From positions 591 to 64,590 of the forward strand of contig JAZKIW010000113.1 of assembly GCA_040384625.1 (NCBI GenBank): 64,000 nucleotides of DNA, in the 5' to 3' direction. The notes under the pieces are model-generated. The model was not told the origin of the DNA, did no database searches, and saw nothing but the letters and a program-made list of their open reading frames with translations. How positions within the stretch are numbered: position 1 is the first letter of the stretch; the number at the start of each line of letters is the position of its first letter. Shown piece by piece: positions 59,097 to 64,000 of the stretch. This DNA is from Pseudomonadota bacterium (lineage in GTDB: Bacteria; Pseudomonadota; Gammaproteobacteria; Burkholderiales; Burkholderiaceae_C). The position numbers and the translations under genes are program-made.

Positions 59097-59369
59097 ATGG
59101 CCCGCCCCAAGCCCAAAACACCTTCGAGGGTCTGGCGCATCAGTCAGAGCGCACCCATGGGCGAGTGGGTCACGCAGAAATCCCCACCTGACAAGCCGGC
59201 CAAGCCCGCCAAGGATCTGCCCGAAGTCTCTTATGGCAGTTGGGTGACGTCGTCGTACGACCTCCTGGATGGCACAGAAGTCATCGAAGATCCGGACACC
59301 TTGCCGGGTGAACTCTTCGATGAGTTGTTTCCGCCAGGGCGAGATGGGCCCGACAAGCCCCCGAAGTGA
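59097..59369 (+). CDS. Hypothetical 90-aa protein, paralog A2
   Basis: ATG at residue 96 of ORF 58812..59369, preceded by GAGG. Paralog of the product of 55742..56014. Confidence 0.65.
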   Translation: MARPKPKTPSRVWRISQSAPMGEWVTQKSPPDKPAKPAKDLPEVSYGSWVTSSYDLLDGTEVIEDPDTLPGELFDELFPPGRDGPDKPPK

Positions 59370-59383
59370 TCGGCGAGACGATT

Positions 59384-59815
59384 TCAACGCTCAAGAAGCC
59401 TGTCCATGCGTTTGCGTGCGAGATGCGACACGACCGTGCGAGTGAACACATCGGCGTTGGCAAGCAACTGCGCTCCCTCTTGCGAGCAGCTGGACTGGCG
59501 CGCGGCCAACGCGGGTTTGGGCAGGGCGTTTTGAGCCTCCAATGCCGCATCCAGCAATAGTTTGGCGCGTGCGTCGTCCCGCTCGCCTTGAAGGTACGCG
59601 GCGCCGATCAGCGCTGCGCCGTGTTTCAACCGCTCGAGCAGGCGCGGTCGTAAGTCGCTGCGCCCAGCCTTGATCAGCGCCGCCAGGTCATCCGTGTGGA
59701 CCTCCAGCGCCGCAACGCACTGCGCCGTGTGCAACTCGCGCGCTGTCGCAGTCCCTACGGCTGCTGAAGGCAGAGTGAACAAGGCGAGCGCGACCAGCGC
59801 AACCAAACGATCCAT
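59384..59815 (-). CDS. Hypothetical secreted helical protein
   Basis: Start at M90 of the track ORF: MDRLVALVALALFTLPSAAVG signal peptide, followed by an Ala/Leu-rich helical sequence. Confidence 0.45.
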   Translation of the reverse strand: MDRLVALVALALFTLPSAAVGTATARELHTAQCVAALEVHTDDLAALIKAGRSDLRPRLLERLKHGAALIGAAYLQGERDDARAKLLLDAALEAQNALPKPALAARQSSCSQEGAQLLANADVFTRTVVSHLARKRMDRLLER

Positions 59816-59886
59816 ACACCCGCCGTGAGGTGGGCGCTCAGGATACGCGGGGGCTGGCCCGCCTCCTACAACTGCCCATGACCAAG

Positions 59887-60036
59887 CTAGCCGACGCGGC
59901 GTCCGGTGACCAGTTGGAAGATCACCATGATCACCGCGATGACCAGCAAGACGTGCAGCAAGCCGCCCGCCGTGAAAGAGGTCACCAAGCCAAGCAACCA
60001 AAGGACCAACAGGACCACTGCGATGGTGTAGAGCAC
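59887..60036 (-). CDS. 49-aa small membrane protein (lmo0937-like)
   Basis: Own translation; below the track length cut-off. GTG 7 nt after GGAG: (M)LYTIAVVLLVLWLLGLVTSFTAGGLLHVLLVIAVIMVIFQLVTGRRVG. Confidence 0.55.
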   Translation of the reverse strand: MLYTIAVVLLVLWLLGLVTSFTAGGLLHVLLVIAVIMVIFQLVTGRRVG

Positions 60037-60292
60037 GATGGATCTCCAGTCTCACAAGGATGACGCGAAGTGCGCGCCGCATGCAAGGAGCATCTGTTTA
60101 CCGGCATGGCAATCCCATCAGCGATGGCCGCGACGGCGTGTAGGCGAATGGCCTGGCCGCACTCGCCTTTGTCCGGGATTCTTGGATGACAACCAATTGC
60201 GGCCCAGTCCGACAGATCGGAGAACGCTGAAATCTTATTCTCTCGTAAGCACGGACCACGCAGAACGCAAGGCGCACAGGGGGAGTGAGAGC

Positions 60293-61093
60293 ATGATCGA
60301 CCTGACCAGTGACCACGGCGGCAAGCTTGGCCAACGCGCGCCCGTGCGCCTCTCTCACGACGCTCCAACGCGCCGCGCGCGTGCTGCAGGACCTGACTGG
60401 CCTGCGCTGATGATCGTTGCCTTCACAGCCCTGTTCGCCCTTGCGGTGTGGTCGGCCATGCCGACCGAGGCGCTGATGCGTGTGATGGCGGAAGACGGGC
60501 CTGTGGAAACTACCACCGCGGCGCTGTTCTTCGTGCTCGCGCTGGGCATGTACTGGTTGCGTCCTCAAGGGGACGACCGCTGCACTTGGCTGGCCATGGC
60601 GATTCTCTGTGCGGCTTGCGGCGCACGCGAGATGGATTGGCACAAGGCGTGGACCGGCAAGAGCGTGCTCAAGTTGAGTTTCTATCTGGAATCTGCACCA
60701 ATGGGTCAGAAGCTTTTGGCACTCGCGGTCTTGGCGCTGGTGGCGCTGTGTGTGGTCTACCTGGCGCTGCGCCACGGCCGGCGCCTTTGGCGCAACTTGC
60801 TCCTGCGCGAACCCGTTGCGGTGACCGTGGCGACGCTGCTCGTTGCTACCGCCATCACTAAAATCCTAGACCGTTCCATCAACCTGCTGGCAAACGACTA
60901 CGGTGTCGTGACAGCGCCTCCCATCTGGGCCCTCGTGTCGGCATTGGAAGAGAGCATAGAGCTGAGCCTGCCCCTGATGGTCGTGCTGGGCCTTTGGCAA
61001 TCGCTGCAGGCGCGTTCACGCGCTGCCGGCGGACCGGCTGGCCGCTTGAACGCTGTCTCCAGGTCGACCGTCAGCGGTACTTGGCCGATGTGA
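60293..61093 (+). CDS. Hypothetical polytopic membrane protein
   Basis: Start at M86 of the track ORF. About 6 hydrophobic segments. No family recognised. Confidence 0.5.
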   Translation: MIDLTSDHGGKLGQRAPVRLSHDAPTRRARAAGPDWPALMIVAFTALFALAVWSAMPTEALMRVMAEDGPVETTTAALFFVLALGMYWLRPQGDDRCTWLAMAILCAACGAREMDWHKAWTGKSVLKLSFYLESAPMGQKLLALAVLALVALCVVYLALRHGRRLWRNLLLREPVAVTVATLLVATAITKILDRSINLLANDYGVVTAPPIWALVSALEESIELSLPLMVVLGLWQSLQARSRAAGGPAGRLNAVSRSTVSGTWPM

Positions 61094-61538
61094 TGAACTG
61101 TCCGAAGGACTCGCACCAGACGACAACCGTGTTGTAGCGGGACGGATCGACAGCGCCGGGAACTGGCACAACGAAATTCGTGAACGTCTTGACATCGCCG
61201 ACCCGAACCATCGACGGCTTCAAGCGCTTGAAGTCCGCTTCGGTCTCGACGAACTCCGGAGAAAGGTAGAGCTTGTAGTCGGGCCCTGGTGCCAGCTTGC
61301 CCTCGAAAGCGATGACCTGCCCGCCCACCGAGACCGTGCCTTCGCCCCAGTGCAGGGCATCGCTGTCTTTGAGATCGCGGCGAAAGTCGGCGCGATACGA
61401 CGCACCGCTGGCCAGCATGGCGAGTTCCGTGGTGGACGGGGCCTCAGGTGCGGTGAGGATGGGCAGGGCGTAGATGCCCAGAGCGAAGCCGGCAATGCCC
61501 GCCACCGCATGCGACACCGCGAGCAGCAGCCTCTTCAT
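61071..61538 (-). CDS. DM13 domain protein (membrane-anchored or secreted)
   Basis: Start at M38. LHWGEGTVSV, LAPGPDYKLYLSP and VVVWCESFGQFITSAKY fit the DM13 pattern. Confidence 0.65.
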   Translation of the reverse strand: MKRLLLAVSHAVAGIAGFALGIYALPILTAPEAPSTTELAMLASGASYRADFRRDLKDSDALHWGEGTVSVGGQVIAFEGKLAPGPDYKLYLSPEFVETEADFKRLKPSMVRVGDVKTFTNFVVPVPGAVDPSRYNTVVVWCESFGQFITSAKYR

Positions 61539-61652
61539 GGTTACCCCTCGAGTCCATCGGTGCTTCCCATCGTTGGCGCAGGCCGTCAACGCGCGATGCC
61601 CGATTGTGCCGGCTGTTGCCAGCAGTGCCCTGAAGGAAGGCCGATACACCCG

Positions 61653-62051
61653 TCAGGCTTGGACCAGCGCAGATTCACCCACGGTTTGGACTCGAGCTGC
61701 ATCGGACTCGACGGGATGCGGAATGGACCAACCGAAGTAGACCTCTGCGTCGACAATCTTTTGTCCCCGGACTGTCAGGATTTCGGTGTTGCGGAAGCGA
61801 CCCCCAATGACGTTCGTGCCCTCATAGGTGACGAACACCTTGTCTCCGTCCTGCACGAGATTGATGAACTGGAAGTGGCTGATTCGCTGGCTGTTCGGCC
61901 AGCAACGCTCGAAGTAGCTGGTTCGATCGATCCTGTCGTCCAGCGGGCTCGTGAAGTGGAAGTCGTCGTCGATCAGCGATTCGATCGCAGCGCGATCCTT
62001 GCGCACATATGCGTCGTAGCTCGCTCGGGCAATGGATGTTGCGTCGTTCAT
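61653..62051 (-). CDS. SnoaL-like / NTF2-fold protein
   Basis: Start at M61: MNDATSIARASYDAYVRKDRAAIESLIDDDFHFTSP... Confidence 0.65.
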   Translation of the reverse strand: MNDATSIARASYDAYVRKDRAAIESLIDDDFHFTSPLDDRIDRTSYFERCWPNSQRISHFQFINLVQDGDKVFVTYEGTNVIGGRFRNTEILTVRGQKIVDAEVYFGWSIPHPVESDAARVQTVGESALVQA

Positions 62052-62106
62052 TTTAGGCCTCCAATCGATAGCCGGCAGTTTCCTGTGCGAGCGGTTCCCA
62101 CCCAGC

Positions 62107-62448
62107 TTAGGCGAGGGCCGGAGAGCGGCGCCGGTCCATGGGATCGGCATGGTCCTCCGGCACTTCCGCTGCGGATGACGTGTCCAGTACTGAACGATGG
62201 GCATTCGCCTTTGCTGGCGCGTGTTTGACATCGATGGACCGGCGCTCTGCCTCGGCCGTCACGGCCTTGCGGTAATAGATTTCGGCTGCGTATTCCGGAT
62301 CGAGGTGGGCCGCCTTGTCATAGTGGGCAACCGCGCGGCGAATCGCGCTTGGCGTCGTGGCTTTGGGATTCAACTGCATCAAGCGTGCAGCGAACGTGCT
62401 GAGCCACCAGTGAGAGGAGCGCGGGGAATCCATGGCTGCCATGTTCAC
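62107..62448 (-). CDS. Hypothetical small protein, paralog B2
   Basis: WLSTFAARLMQLNP...AAHLDPEYAAEIY aligns with B1 (about 20 of 44 positions identical by eye). Alternative start at 62433. Confidence 0.5.
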   Translation of the reverse strand: MNMAAMDSPRSSHWWLSTFAARLMQLNPKATTPSAIRRAVAHYDKAAHLDPEYAAEIYYRKAVTAEAERRSIDVKHAPAKANAHRSVLDTSSAAEVPEDHADPMDRRRSPALA

Positions 62449-62496
62449 CGGGAGGTGCCGCCGTGCTTGTAGGACGGCATCAACGCTTCGTGTCGG

Positions 62497-62700
62497 CTAT
62501 GGGAGTCCATCGGGCACACCCTTTCGCCCGTCCAACAGCGTCGAGAGTTCCTTGGCCGCCCGGATCGGGTCCACCTCTGCACGACCGAACTCGTGCCAGG
62601 CGGCGAGGCTCATGGTGCCTAGCACCCGCGCCGTGAGGTGAGGCCGCAGGATCGCCAGCTGGCCCTCGAACGATTCGATCCATTGATCTCTGTTGAACAT
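62497..62700 (-). CDS. Hypothetical 67-aa protein, distant paralog B3
   Basis: WIESFEGQLAILRP...AEVDPIRAAKEL shares the W-x2-F-x3-L-x2-L-x-P ... DP-x2-AA-x-E pattern. Confidence 0.4.
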   Translation of the reverse strand: MFNRDQWIESFEGQLAILRPHLTARVLGTMSLAAWHEFGRAEVDPIRAAKELSTLLDGRKGVPDGLP

Positions 62701-62792
62701 GTCAGCGCACCTGTCTGGAGACTGTATGAACGCACAGTCTAGGAATGCACCGATTCGGCGCCGATAATCCGTTTCAAATTGTCACATTCCCC

Positions 62793-63227
62793 ATGAGCCA
62801 ACTGCTGCGAGTCGTCGCCTTGATCTGCCTGGTGCTCGGCGTTGTCTGCGCCCTGCGGGCTCCCGCGGACAGCGCATACGCCATTCAGGCCGGTGTTTGG
62901 TTCCTGTTGGAGTTTGTGCTGCTGTGGCTGAACGCGCGGCAGCTAGGCGCAAAGCTTGACCCGCGTGCTACGCCGAGCGCTGCTGAGCAGCGGCCCGCCT
63001 GGGTGCGGCAGCAGTTCCTCGAGACTGTCCCCGCAACGCACCTCTCGCTCGAGCCGCAGGTCGTTGCGCTCACGTCGGCGGACACAGGTGGCTCCAACAT
63101 TCGACAGGCGGTAACCGGGCGCCGGGCACGCCTGCCAATTCGTCACTTGGCCCGCGTCCGAACTCCTCCTAGCCTGCAGCAACATGAACCAGCTGGAGCG
63201 CGCCGTGTTCGCGATCGTGGCCAATGA
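62793..63227 (+). CDS. Hypothetical 2-TM ORF carrying a duplicated MbtH-like C-terminal module (possibly degenerate)
   Basis: Start at M17 of the track ORF. Two hydrophobic segments, then RPAWVRQQFLETVPATH..ALTSA, which repeats the C-terminus of the next gene. The Arg-rich tail overlaps the next gene by 44 nt. Confidence 0.35.
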   Translation: MSQLLRVVALICLVLGVVCALRAPADSAYAIQAGVWFLLEFVLLWLNARQLGAKLDPRATPSAAEQRPAWVRQQFLETVPATHLSLEPQVVALTSADTGGSNIRQAVTGRRARLPIRHLARVRTPPSLQQHEPAGARRVRDRGQ

Positions 63228-63417
63228 CGAAGGTCAATTCAGCGTCTGGCCGACCCATCGAAGGCTGCCTCTAGGCTGGAGCTACATCGGACCCACTGGC
63301 ACCCGTGCCGAGATGCACGCGTGGATACGACAGCAGTTCGTCGAGACTGTCCCGGCGACCTACATTGCGCGTGACTCAAGGCATCAGGCACTGACCTCTG
63401 CGGGAAGGTTGCCATGA
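63184..63417 (+). CDS. MbtH-like protein (divergent)
   Basis: VANDEGQFSVWPTHRRLPLGW matches the N-x-E-x-Q-x-S-x-W-P...P-x-G-W MbtH signature. 77 aa. Confidence 0.7.
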   Translation: MNQLERAVFAIVANDEGQFSVWPTHRRLPLGWSYIGPTGTRAEMHAWIRQQFVETVPATYIARDSRHQALTSAGRLP

Positions 63418-63502
63418 ACCCCGGCATCGCCGCAGCGCCTGCGTGATTCGGTCGTGCAGAATCCTGACGCGCATCGAAACCAGGCAGTGTGAATCTGAAC
63501 CC

Positions 63503-64000
63503 ATGAAGAAGCAGAAGGCGAACAAGGCCCATGAGGCGCCGAAGGATCAAACTCGTCTGGCAGTCATCGAGAGTGCGTTCACACCCGAAGAATGCCTGCA
63601 ATTGATCGCGGCCTTCACTCCGCTGCTGAAGCCGGCGTTGATGGAGGCGATGGATCCGGCTCTGTCCGCGAGCATTCGCAAGTCATCCGCGGTTTTCGTT
63701 TTCCCGAGCGGATCGACGAACTGGGTGTTCGAGCGCTTGGGCAAAGCGATTCTTGAAATCAATGACGCCCTTTACGGTTTCGAAGCGAGTCAATTCAGAG
63801 AGGGCTTTCAGTTCACCCGCTATGAAGTCGGCGACTATTACGGGCCGCACTTCGACATCGGCCCGGGCAAGTTGACGGAACGCAAGTTGAGCTTGACCGT
63901 TCAGTTGTCGTCTCCTGATGACTACTCCGGTGGAGAACTGCTCATCTACCCGGAGTTCGTGGCGCCCAAAGAGCAAGGGGCGATGACAGTGTTCCCGTCG
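63503..64000 (+). CDS. 2OG-Fe(II) oxygenase, prolyl-4-hydroxylase-like (partial, runs off the window end)
   Basis: Own translation: MKKQKANKAHEAPKDQTRLAVIESAFTPEECLQLI...GFQFTRYEVGDYYGPHFDIG...KLSLTVQLSSPDDYSGGELLIYP (HxD motif). No stop before 64000. Confidence 0.65.
   Translation, partial: MKKQKANKAHEAPKDQTRLAVIESAFTPEECLQLIAAFTPLLKPALMEAMDPALSASIRKSSAVFVFPSGSTNWVFERLGKAILEINDALYGFEASQFREGFQFTRYEVGDYYGPHFDIGPGKLTERKLSLTVQLSSPDDYSGGELLIYPEFVAPKEQGAMTVFPS

Overview
The window is high-GC chromosomal DNA. Gene content suggests a betaproteobacterium of the Burkholderiales/Comamonadaceae type, but that is inference and was not searched. Roughly the first 54 kb is densely packed housekeeping and redox-defence coding sequence. 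It includes egtB-egtD (ergothioneine), a PhoU-like/PiT phosphate pair, rpsP-rimM-trmD-rplS, rsgA, orn, a DEAD-box helicase, msrA, pdxH, edd-eda, gloA, a tonB-exbB-exbD-exbD-TPR system and tRNA-Ala(CGC). It continues with a rubrerythrin / CCG Fe-S protein / DUF3501 / aldo-keto reductase cluster, gnd, ahpC-ahpD, cytochrome c551, ilvD, lgt, dnaQ, tRNA-Val(CAC) and a flavodoxin-like protein next to OsmC. From about 54.4 kb to the end the character changes. Genes become short, most have no recognisable function, and the sequence looks more A/T-rich by eye (not computed). This accessory stretch is organised around a soluble PAS-PAS hybrid histidine kinase. The kinase operon is bracketed by two diverged, oppositely oriented copies of a 90-aa protein. 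A second small-protein family is present in three copies. An MbtH-like gene is preceded by an ORF that carries a duplicated copy of its C-terminal module. This small-protein/kinase module and the rubrerythrin/CCG/DUF3501 cluster with an OxyR-like operator are my best candidates for undescribed biology. I saw no CRISPR array, transposase, integrase or recognisable phage-defence system. Many long ORFs in the track are antisense shadow ORFs typical of high-GC DNA and were rejected. Internal start coordinates come from counting residues in the ORF track; hand-located small sites may be off by 1-2 nt.
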